From: Fistulifera solaris
Lineage: Eukaryota
Length of the DNA: 64,000 nucleotides
Assembly (NCBI GenBank): GCA_030295235.1
Contig: AP026138.1
Coordinates: forward strand, 310,001 to 374,000
Direction of reading: 5' to 3'
Below, piece after piece: positions 24,594-34,738 of the stretch; positions within the stretch are counted from its first letter, which is position 1; each line of letters starts with the position of its first letter. The notes under the pieces are model-generated. The model was given only the letters and a program-made list of their open reading frames with translations. It did no database searches and was not told the origin of the DNA. Position numbers and translations under genes: made by a program.

Positions 24594-27500
24594 ATGGAGA
24601 ACGCAGATCAACAAAGCGCGGTCGCTCGACCACCTTCGTTCACCCTCCAGATATCCAATCGAGACGCCGAGCACTTCCTCGAAGCTTGCTCGGCAATGCG
24701 CACGAGAGCCGATGCGATGGGTGTCAAGTTCTCGTTACCTTCACCGGGTGAAGGCTTGAGTGCTGTTTTTCATGAGAATCTCTATCAAGTGGCCCAAAAT
24801 TGTCAGAACCAGCAGGTCCGGCTTTTTCTCGAGCGAATGTCAAAGGAAAGCAAGGCTGACTTGAAAATGGGTTTGATTCTTTTCTGCGAAGCCATCAAGA
24901 ATGATAAGTTGCAATACCTTTTCTCGCATTTGTCGACTGGCGGAAAGGTTGGTGCATCCGAGCTCACGGCGTTGTTTCAAACCGTTCTTCTTTCGATTTC
25001 CTGCTGTACTTCCAGCAGTGCGAGCAAAGTTGTACTGGAAGGAAATCCTGGAGACCAGCAGACCTCACCCGATAGGCTCAGCAAGAAAGTAAAGAGAGAT
25101 GATGACACGGTTTCTACGAATCCTCTCACCGAGTGCGGTGAGAATGACCTGCAATGCCAGTCTTCGTCCTTTGATTCCTCTCTGGCAACACTTCGAGACG
25201 AGGATGAGAAGCCTGGTGATATCTCGTCACTACAGCGAGAGATAACTGAATGGTCCCAATATGCAGCGGATACAGTCATTCATTTCGCTGGGACGTCGTC
25301 AAATCAAGTTGACTTCCCCAACTTTCTGAAATGGTGCGACAACAAAGGAAGAGACGTTGCGTCTTGGCTCGAGTTTCTGGATCAGGCTCAATGGAAGAGC
25401 TTAGCTAACATCAAATTAGAAGCCGAACAAAAGACCTCCGCCGTCGAATCTCCATCAAGTCTTTGGTCAGAATCATGTGATGGTCGAGCCCTTCTTTCCT
25501 TCGATTTTAGCGAACCAGCAGCAGCCAACCCAGCCGTTGTCAACATTTCTGAAGACAACATTCTCGCCCTCAAGCATCTGGTGCAACGAACAGGGCTATG
25601 TGAGCGTACTCCGGAAGACTTGTGTCAGATTCTCATCAAGATGTCATCCGGCGAAGACACTTTAAGCCGGAGCTCGTTCGAAGCCAGCCACCAGAATCTG
25701 TTTGGTGCTGGTGCGTTGTCTCGTTTGTCAAATTCAGAGAAGTCATTTTTCAAGAGCAATCTTCTTCACTTCTTCTCTGCTTTCGAAATGGGCGATAGTC
25801 GGAGTGCCAATCTGAGGGAGCTGGCATTAGGATTCTGTCTCTTCTCTGCGGGAAACAAGAGCACCAAACTCGCAATTGGATTTGAATTGATGGATGCATC
25901 TCAAACTGGTTGCTTGTCGGAAGATGAATTCCTTCGATATTTACGAGCGTACCTTTCAATGCTTGTAACTACAAGTCAACTTATCCCATTCTCGAAGAGC
26001 AAGACATCACACTGGTCGAAGAAAATTTCTCTCCGCCTGCAGGCGGCTGTTCACCGGGGAGCTGAATGGGCTTTTAGTCATTTCGTGAAAGCCATTTCCC
26101 ATTCTGATACTCTTACCTTCGACACTTTTGCAAATTGGTATAGCACGGCGGGTTACAACGTCGCGCCATGGCTTGAACTCCTCGACCTGAGTAAGATATT
26201 TGCGCTTGTTCAAGAACCAGATACAAGCCCTTTCCGCCTCCCCTGCACCGAAAAGCGCTTCTTTCACTAATTCCCGCTCAAGTCTCCGCGATCGTGTATC
26301 CTCCCTACGCAGGCACCACTCCGTTCGCCGTGGGGCAAATCCTCCGGAGGTTCTTTTACATTTCCGCTCGCAAACCGGCGCTCGCTGATTGTCCTCAAGG
26401 AAGATGCCACTTACGTTCGCCAGGTAGTTGAGCAATTGGGACTGCTGTCAGTACGACCAGAACATCTATGGGAAGCACTTTCGAAAGCAGTAGAAGGTAG
26501 AAAACAGCGAGTGGTTCGTCATGAGGGGCCCGAATACGTGGACATGAAAACGTTCGTGCAGTGCGTTCAAGAAGCCTGCCCAAAAGCAGGTCGAAAGCGC
26601 TCCTGTCCATCTGAAGTGGTGCCTATCAATTCTCCATCGTCGACGGAAGTTATCTCGAACTTCTTTCAATGTTTCGATCTTAGCCGGACGGACAGCGTTG
26701 CGATCGACGAGCTCATGGGCGGCCTTTCGCTACTTTGCGTTGGAAAGAAGAGTACAAAGCTATCCTTTGCTTTCAGTGTATTCGATACCAGGCCTGGCGC
26801 CCACGCTCGAAACAAGCCAAGACATTTTGTCCATTCACTTAGCGGAGAAGACTTATTCCTGTTTCTACGGTCCGTTCTTATTGTCACTTTTTCATGCTGT
26901 CGACAAAGTCTGGACATGAGCGACGAAATGGTGGGAAGATGCATTGCAGATACTGCGAACATGATTTGCAATGATGTCATGCGCTACCAGTGGGAATCGA
27001 AAAAGGTCGATAGGCTGGATTTCGATGAGTTCGGACAATGGTACAATGAGGGAGGATTCGAACGTGCACCATGGCTTGAGCTGCTTGACCTTCATAAATG
27101 GGTGCTCGTCGACAACTACGAAACTCTCGAAAAGAAAGTTTCTACTGTAGCGCAAGCTCCACTTGATCCTCCAGCATCGTTGAGGCTTCCGGAAAGCACT
27201 TTACCTCCTCCGCCACCGGAAGATGAGGTGGAAGGATTTTTGACGATAACGCTATCATGCCAATGGACAGTGTAAGTTTTGTGTGCCAGATCGCAACAAC
27301 TACCATGTGGGACCTCACCGACGCTCTCTGTACCACCAAAGATGGATGAAATGGATATGATGTTGATGGAACACTCCGACAAGAACTACGCTGTTCCCAG
27401 TCCGCATATAAATAATTTGTATTTTGGATCTCCCGCCGATCACAGCTCGTTGAAAGGCAACACGCTTAAATTCCACATGGTGACCAACGAAAAGCATGGC

Positions 27501-28212
27501 GGTTACATGCTTTCTATGAGTCACGTGAGAATTGGTCATTTCAGATCACTCATTCTTCGAAGTGGTTTGAATCTTCTTGACCCAGAGACGATGTACAACG
27601 AAATACTTTCCAAGGCCTCAAGATCCAAGATTACAAAACTTTCGTTTGACTCGGCTATGGAAGCGCTTTCGCCAAACTTAAAGAAGGAGGTGAAAACGAT
27701 GCCGATATGGGATATTATCACGGATATCTTTTCTGTGTTCGACCCCGACGCTACGGGTCGAGCGAATGCTGTGGCTGTTGCATGCGGCCTGACTGTTTTA
27801 TGTCAAGGAAAGAAGAGTGATAAGCTTGAATTCGCTTTCGGTGTTTTAGGCCGAAGCAAGCAGGGTCTTCTTACGAAGGCTGACTTAACGGTTTTCCTGC
27901 AGTCGTTTCTTTCGGTTCTGCTAACGATTATAGCTTCTCCTGTGCTTTCACAGCAACGGCGTCGATGACACCTTGTCTACCATAAAAGGGAAGCCGTGCG
28001 ACAACGCCCCAAAGACGATTGTTCGAGCCGTGAAGGCAGGAGCCCAGTGGGCTACCGACCATGCTTTTACGGATATTCGACCGAATGGCACGTCTAAAAA
28101 TCTCTCTATGTCATTTGATGATTTCGCGTCATGGTACACTGCTACCGGTTACAGCAGCATACCGTGGTTAGAGCTACTTGATCTTCACAAGTGGCTTCTG
28201 CAATCAGATTAA
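24594..28212 (+). CDS. Large protein of four tandem EF-hand (NCS/calcineurin-B-like) modules
   Basis: Repeated G(N/K)KSxKLxxxF..D and F..F..WY...G....PWLELLDL motifs. Frameshifts at ~26242, ~26355, ~27238 and ~27955; intron from ~27272. Confidence 0.75.
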
Positions 28213-28272
28213 ACTTTTTTCTAATATATACATGATATTTATAAATTTTTGTCGCCAAAACTATATTCAACT

Positions 28273-30237
28273 TTATGCAGCTTTCAGCCAGAGAACATCT
28301 CCATTGGATACTGGTTCATTTAAGCCAGCCCGTTGTCCGTTTCGCATGATTGTTTTGTCTCCTAGATCGTTTGTTGGCTCCGTCACTTTTACAACAGCGA
28401 GTGCATCCCGAACACATGCATTGCTTGGCAGTGAGACCAAACTGCCATATTTATCGCATTCATCCTCGCTACCCATGAAAACGTAGACATTTGCTTCCCT
28501 TTTCTTCGCCAAATGTAACGCGTCAAGGTAAGACTTGCTCGGCATACGTTCTTGGTAGACGAACGACTGGTCAATAATGTCTGATTCATTTTCACCGCTG
28601 AACGAAGTCGCGGTCGCCGAATCATCAGAACAAGGTTTCAAAAGTCTCGTTACGGGCGCCCTGTCGCTGCTGCCCAGTTTATAACACCAGTGGCTGGCAA
28701 TTCCGTGTTCCGCTGCATCATGCATCTCTCCGCTTCGAATCTGCACCTCGAAGGGAATGTGGATGTGACCAAGGATTGCGATTTCCGACGTATGATGGAG
28801 ACTCTGATAACCATTTGGTTTAGGGAACTGGATATAGTCCTTTGGTCGACTAACACCCCACAAGGCACCCAAACGGTTTTGTACGTAGTAGCAAAGCAAT
28901 TTCTCCCGTTCTCTTACCAGCTCATCGTCTTCGTCATTACTCCATTTCCGTGCCCGTACAATTACTCGAAGAGCTACAAAATCGAAAACTCCCGAGGATA
29001 CCAATCCTGGTGGATAGGCCTGTGTGTCGGTTGATACCCTGTCAAAAACAACCGGTGTAGATGACACACGTGCATGATCTCCCAACACCAAAGCTCGTCC
29101 TCGGCTCTTTTTGATAAGTTTTTTCCAAAGAGAAAGAGGCTCTTTCACCCGTGTCTCTACCTCCAGATGTTCCACTAAAGCCATGAGTTTTTCATCGTTT
29201 TGAAGCGTCTGTATCGCTTCTGTCTGCAGATAGTTCGCCACAGTATTCATCAAAGGGCCTACTTCGTTGTAGTACGAAGCGACCGCTTGATATTGCCGTC
29301 GGTACAGCACGCGAAACGCAGCGTTTTCGATTTGTTTCTTCAGTTGAGGCAACCCCATACGCCCCGCTAAAATGGAGTACACTTGCAAACCATCTTTTGC
29401 CAAACGGATCGTCTGAGGGGACAATCGTAAGGTCTCTTCCCTGGCGACACCCTGCAGTCGATACAGACACGCCACACATCGAATCATCAAGGCCCGAAAA
29501 TCATCCGTCAGCGAAAGCAGGAGACCTTGCACTCGATCGGACACGGTGTGCGATGGAGACAGAATAGTCTGAATGAGTATTTCAGCCCTTTTAATGCGAG
29601 CCGCCGCCATACAGATCGCTTCCACTTCATTGCGCGTCCGTACGGAGGCTTGAAGAGGAACGATCGCCTGGCAATCGACAATTTCCGTGGTAGCTTTAAA
29701 CGGCAATCGCATCGATTTGGTGTCTTTTGCCAAATCCTCTCGATGATGCAGCATAAAGTCGTAAATGTCTTCTTGGACACGTTCCAAAACACCACTTTTT
29801 CGGACCAGAATACACTGAACATAATGCTGGATGGACGCTTGTAACACTGCGGGTGAAAGAAAGATGGAAGACGCTGATTCTGACGAATCCATGGTAATGT
29901 GGAGGAAATCCATGCATCCGAGCGCCACACTCCGGTCACCCCGTGCGATTTGACGAATATCTTGCACAATAAGTGAGATCTCATAATTGTCCCAGCCCAA
30001 ATGATGCAGTCGTCCTTCTAAAGCTTCCAGTTGTTGTGTGACATCGTCCCAAGTGGCGACTTCGTGCTGTTTTAGCCAGGGAGGGAGCTGGGAGGAGGCA
30101 ACGGTAAGCTGTTCTGTCTGCGAAACTAAGTGCACCGAATACCGAAGTGGTCGTCTGTTTTGTGACACCCAAGGATGAGTGAATCCATTGACGGAAACGA
30201 CAGAAAGCAAGAAGAAAAGAGATCGGAACAAAGGCAT
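28273..30237 (-). CDS. RSH: Plastid RelA/SpoT homolog ((p)ppGpp synthetase)
   Basis: RVKEPLSLWKK, DFVALRVIV, KDYIQFPKPNGYQSLH, EVQIRS..MH..AEHGIASHWCYK; TGS-like C-terminus; presequence MPLFRSLFFLLSVVSVNG-F. Confidence 0.9.
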   Translation of the reverse strand: MPLFRSLFFLLSVVSVNGFTHPWVSQNRRPLRYSVHLVSQTEQLTVASSQLPPWLKQHEVATWDDVTQQLEALEGRLHHLGWDNYEISLIVQDIRQIARGDRSVALGCMDFLHITMDSSESASSIFLSPAVLQASIQHYVQCILVRKSGVLERVQEDIYDFMLHHREDLAKDTKSMRLPFKATTEIVDCQAIVPLQASVRTRNEVEAICMAAARIKRAEILIQTILSPSHTVSDRVQGLLLSLTDDFRALMIRCVACLYRLQGVAREETLRLSPQTIRLAKDGLQVYSILAGRMGLPQLKKQIENAAFRVLYRRQYQAVASYYNEVGPLMNTVANYLQTEAIQTLQNDEKLMALVEHLEVETRVKEPLSLWKKLIKKSRGRALVLGDHARVSSTPVVFDRVSTDTQAYPPGLVSSGVFDFVALRVIVRARKWSNDEDDELVREREKLLCYYVQNRLGALWGVSRPKDYIQFPKPNGYQSLHHTSEIAILGHIHIPFEVQIRSGEMHDAAEHGIASHWCYKLGSSDRAPVTRLLKPCSDDSATATSFSGENESDIIDQSFVYQERMPSKSYLDALHLAKKREANVYVFMGSEDECDKYGSLVSLPSNACVRDALAVVKVTEPTNDLGDKTIMRNGQRAGLNEPVSNGDVLWLKAA

Positions 30238-30660
30238 TCGATTCTCTATCCTCGTTCCGTCCGGTCGTTTCCGCTTGACCCCTGGCTTCGGCGGATGCAT
30301 TACTCTCATCGAGTAATCGCTCATGTCGTCCAGCGATGTGTTTTCTCGGGGGGAAAAGAACAAGAGTTGACAAGCAATAGAGACGAACAAAACTCTCTAT
30401 TGCACTTGCAACGTTTTTCTTCGGTTTGAAGTTTTTGAAACCACGTAAGCCAAAAAGGACTCATTTTCAAACACGAACATGCGTGACCTAGCCATGCGGG
30501 ACTCATCGTCCGTTTACTTCTTACCCATTTACTCAATACCTCGAGCGACAATATTTTTCGATTGGCGCAACCTTTGCATCGCAAACACTTTTGTATGCCC
30601 CCCGCGCCGTGGCCCGCCATACGATAATAATAATAGAATATATTATATTAAACAAGCAAC

Positions 30661-31330
30661 ATGAAGACCGTCCTCGCAGCCCGCGCCGTTATCGTTCCCG
30701 AGAATGGTAGGTCGATGTCGCGCTACGCCGTTCTTTCGTTCGTTCGATGTTTCTCACACACATAATCTTTCAGTCGAAGTTTCGATCAATGCTCGTAGTA
30801 TCAAAGTCAAGGGACCCTTGGGTGAACTTACCCGCGATTTCAAGCACATTGCCATGGATATGCGCATTTGCAAAGGTGCCGAGATTATGGACTTTTTGAA
30901 AGACCCCCAAGAGGACCGCAACTACGTCAAGGTCGATTTGTGGTTCGCCCACCGCAAGCAACTCGCCAGTTGCCGAACTGTCTGCAGTCACATTGAAAAC
31001 ATGTTTGTCGGTGTCACTCGTGGATTTGTATACAAGCTCCGTGCCGTGTATTCCCATTTCCCCATCAACGTGACGCTCAGTGGCAATACGGTCGAAATTC
31101 GTAACTTTTTGGGAGAGAAGCGTGTGCGCAAAGTGGAATTGTTTCCCGGTGTCAAATACGTTCGATCGGAAACTGTGAAAGATCAGATCGAATTGTCGGG
31201 CATTGATATCACCGCCGTGTCCTTGACGGCGGCCCAAATTCAACAAGCGACCAACATTCGTAATAAGGATTTGCGTAAGTTTTTGGATGGTATTTACGTG
31301 GCGGAGAAGGGTGCCGTACCGGAAGAATAA
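30661..31330 (+). CDS. RPL9: 60S ribosomal protein L9 (uL6)
   Basis: MKTVLAAR exon1, intron 30707-30773, VKGPLGELTRDFKH, VYSHFPIN, RNFLGEK, KDLRKFLDGIYV. Confidence 0.97.
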
Positions 31331-31737
31331 GCTCATAACAATTAAGAGACTGTGTTCTGTAAAACTTGTAGTTGTTTTGAATGAGTTTGAGGATCTATTA
31401 ACCTAGCTAGATGTCTAGAGAAAGAGGGCAATTTAGGATGATTTAGGCTTATTGCAAGCGGTGCGACAGCCAAGTAGTGTAGCTGGCAAAGTAGACGAAG
31501 CCATAAGCATTGTTGACTGAGTCAGTCCCTGACTGAGCTTACAAAGTATTATGCTGCGTGGAAGGTGGAAGCACAAAGAAACTCCTCGCGACGAAAGAGG
31601 CGACGACGAGAACGAAACACCAAGTCATTTTCCTATCGAACAACCTTCTTTCTTTCTATATCAACGACACTGTTCGCGAAAGATCCATTCCTACCCCATT
31701 ACTTAATGTAACAAAGCATAGCAATTATACAATTAAC

Positions 31738-32580
31738 ATGGGCCACGACCATAACGAACGAACACCCCTCACGGCACGAACGGCCTTTCAAGACAAGAAC
31801 GCCGCCGCGAGTCGTCAATACCACGAGTCTCGTTCTTCGGCCGTCAAAAGTGAAGAAGCCCATCAACAGGGCGGTGGGATGCTCAAACCCATCATCTTCG
31901 GGGGTCTGGATGGTATTTTAACGTCCTTTGCGATTGTCGCCGGTGCGGCCGGGGGCCGTCTCGATCCTTCCGTCGTGCTCATTCTCGGATTCTCCAATAT
32001 TTTCGCGGATGCCCTGTCGATGGGTGTGGGTGAATTTCTTTCCAGTAAAGCGGAGAATGAGTGGATTCTATCGGAACGTCGACGAGAGGAATGGGAGTTT
32101 GAAAATTATCCGGAAGGAGAAATAGAAGAGATGATTGAAATTTACGAATCGCGAGGCATGTCACACGAAGATGCCAAGTTGGTGATAAATACCATGGCAA
32201 AATATAAAGACTTCTTCGTGGATGTCATGATGACGCAGGAGCTAGAATTACAGCCCCCGGAAGAAAATTATTTACAAGAGAACTTTCGCGAAGGCGTCGT
32301 CATGTTTTCTTCGTTCGCTGCGTTTGGGGCCATGCCGTTGCTCGGATACGTCATCATCCCCGCGGCTTTTCCTGATTTAAGTACCGACTATCTCTTTGCG
32401 TGTGCTTGTTTGATTACTGGAATGGTCTTGTTCTTGATGGGATCCGTCAAGAGCTTCTTTTCGACGCAGCATTGGTTTCGTGCCGGTATGGAGACTCTCT
32501 CACTGGGCGGAGCCTGCGCCACTGTAGCATTTACCATCGGTCAAGTATTGCAAGCCCATTTCGGTGTTTCCGACGTATAA
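31738..32580 (+). CDS. VIT1: VIT1/CCC1 family vacuolar iron/manganese transporter
   Basis: IIFGGLDGILTSFAIVAG, SNIFADALSMGVGEFLS, ERRREEWEFENYPEGEIEEM. Confidence 0.92.
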   Translation: MGHDHNERTPLTARTAFQDKNAAASRQYHESRSSAVKSEEAHQQGGGMLKPIIFGGLDGILTSFAIVAGAAGGRLDPSVVLILGFSNIFADALSMGVGEFLSSKAENEWILSERRREEWEFENYPEGEIEEMIEIYESRGMSHEDAKLVINTMAKYKDFFVDVMMTQELELQPPEENYLQENFREGVVMFSSFAAFGAMPLLGYVIIPAAFPDLSTDYLFACACLITGMVLFLMGSVKSFFSTQHWFRAGMETLSLGGACATVAFTIGQVLQAHFGVSDV

Positions 32581-33206
32581 ATAAATAAAATTGATTCTTT
32601 TTAGAGAGGTGCCGTTATCGGGTGCGCTTCTATTGGTTGTGCATGCGTTGCTTAAACAGCATTAGTCATGAGTACAAGGGAAGAATAATAGAATCTACGT
32701 TACGAGCTACAACGATGAGCTAGTCATAATTGAGATGCTTCGTTTTGCACTATGGTCTATTTGTTTGTCATACGCAGGCATAACTTCTCGAGCATTTGAA
32801 CTAGGGATGAGACAGACGACGGAATTCTAGACTCTAGTTCGTGTGTCTCGGCGAGCATAGGAGACGAAAAAAGGAGCTATGAAAAACGATAGACTACTAC
32901 TTGAAGCATTCAAACAGCTTTTGGCCCAAATGAACGACAACCAAAGATGGTCAAGCGTTTACGAATGAATTGCATAGTTTGAACGATCGAAATTGGAACG
33001 TGCTTTTCTGAAATTGTATTTGTCGATAAGTAACCGAATCAGCAGTCATGCCCTTAGGTCGGTGTATGTATTTCTTGTTTAATATTTGTTTCAACCCAAG
33101 CCAACGCAAAAGTAGTAGAACGTACCATGTCACTTTTAAAGGCAACAAGATTTACTAAAATAGAAAAGACTACCACATGGTTGTACGTACGTTTTTTGTC
33201 TTTCAG

Positions 33207-33899
33207 TTATCGTATCGGCAACATTTTGCGATACCGCGGCAGTTGCGCTCGCATTTCTTCCATGCACAGTTCGGGTTCCTCGGGCGGCGCAAATACCAAC
33301 GTGAGTCCACCCTTGATTTGTTGCCGTTGCGGTTTTCCCAGTTCCAGCGTCGTAACAGGTTCCGATAGACTCGTCGGCAACGCCGGTTGCACGATCAATT
33401 GCGGTTGCGGAATGATATCGGCGACCGGTGGTGGAAGTACACCCGGAGGCAACGGAGGCAGTCCGCCGGGTGGCAACGGCGGCGGCGGGGGTGGTGGTGG
33501 CGGCGGAAGATTCACCGTGATTGGCGCTTCCGTCAAACAATCGTCATCCAAGACAAAATTTTTGTAACCATGCGCATTCACCAACGCGAACGCGGCACGA
33601 CAGGCACAATCCATCGCCGCTTCGCGGGTTTTCCCTCGTCCCCATCCGAGATCGGTGCCTCCGACGCGCGTCGAAAACACGAACGGCTTTTCCGGCGTCA
33701 CTCCACAACTCCATCGGACATAGGCCGCATCTAACATGCGATGCGCTTTGGTGTATTTGACAAAGGCTTCCATCGACGGATAGATGCGTTCGGCCCGATA
33801 TTTCTTGACCGCATACGTTTCGCCCGTTTCGAGTTTGATGCGTTTGTTCGGATCGGCAGCTTCGTCCGGCTGGTTGTTGTTGCGTTTCTTGCGGCCCAT
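33207..33899 (-). CDS. dsRBD-like + polyproline + BuGZ-type GLEBS motif protein
   Basis: PFVFSTRVGGTDLGWGRGKTREAAMDCACRAAFAL (dsRBD pattern), long Pro run, C-terminal ELCMEEMRAQLPRYR. Confidence 0.75.
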   Translation of the reverse strand: MGRKKRNNNQPDEAADPNKRIKLETGETYAVKKYRAERIYPSMEAFVKYTKAHRMLDAAYVRWSCGVTPEKPFVFSTRVGGTDLGWGRGKTREAAMDCACRAAFALVNAHGYKNFVLDDDCLTEAPITVNLPPPPPPPPPPLPPGGLPPLPPGVLPPPVADIIPQPQLIVQPALPTSLSEPVTTLELGKPQRQQIKGGLTLVFAPPEEPELCMEEMRAQLPRYRKMLPIR

Positions 33900-34262
33900 A
33901 TTGCAGGAATAAGACAGAAGGAAAGGAGTCGAAAAAGGTTGTATGAGAATGAGCTGCAACACTTGCGATATTTGTCGGCTGCTTGCTTTGCGGTTGGCGA
34001 CGACGCGAGAGGGGGAGAAATCTTCTTGGGAGAAATCAGGCGAAACGAACACGTTTCATAGATATTTGGTTAGTGCCGCTTTTGCAACTTTGCGGTATTC
34101 AATTTCGAAAAGACGCTTACAGTAAACGCCATAGTCTTTCGAGGGTCGATCGGCGGCGGTCTCGCAGCGCACCTCCACGCGGGAGACGCGACCATGACGA
34201 TCATTCATTGAGCGGCTACCGCTTTGTCTCTATAAATAAACAAGAATATAGCATCTCCAGCC

Positions 34263-34707
34263 ATGACTTCCCGTCCCGTCAAAAAGCCGAAACTCGAAGA
34301 CGAACTCCCGTGGACCCGCGATCATCATTTGATTGGTAATACAATCACGCGCACTGTCTTGGATCGTTTGGACGACAACAAATATCAAAAGATATCCACC
34401 CATCTCCCGATCCAATACTTTCAACCCGAAGATGCACGGAAACCAGCCTTATGGAGAGCTTTGTATTGTGCCTCTTCGGAAACAGCATCGGCGTGCGATG
34501 CGATTTCTGCCGATTTAGTGCAATCCTCGACTGCAGTCGAAGGAGATCTTTCGTCCGTCATCAAACAGCGTTTGCAAACGGTATTGTATCAACACGTCGT
34601 ACAAGAATGGATTCCTCCCTTAGTGACGGCCGCCCTCTTGGAAGAATGTCAAGCCGCCGTGGTGACACACATTCTCCGTCAACAACAATCTTCGAACGGT
34701 GCCGCGG

Positions 34708-34738
<31 letters not shown>

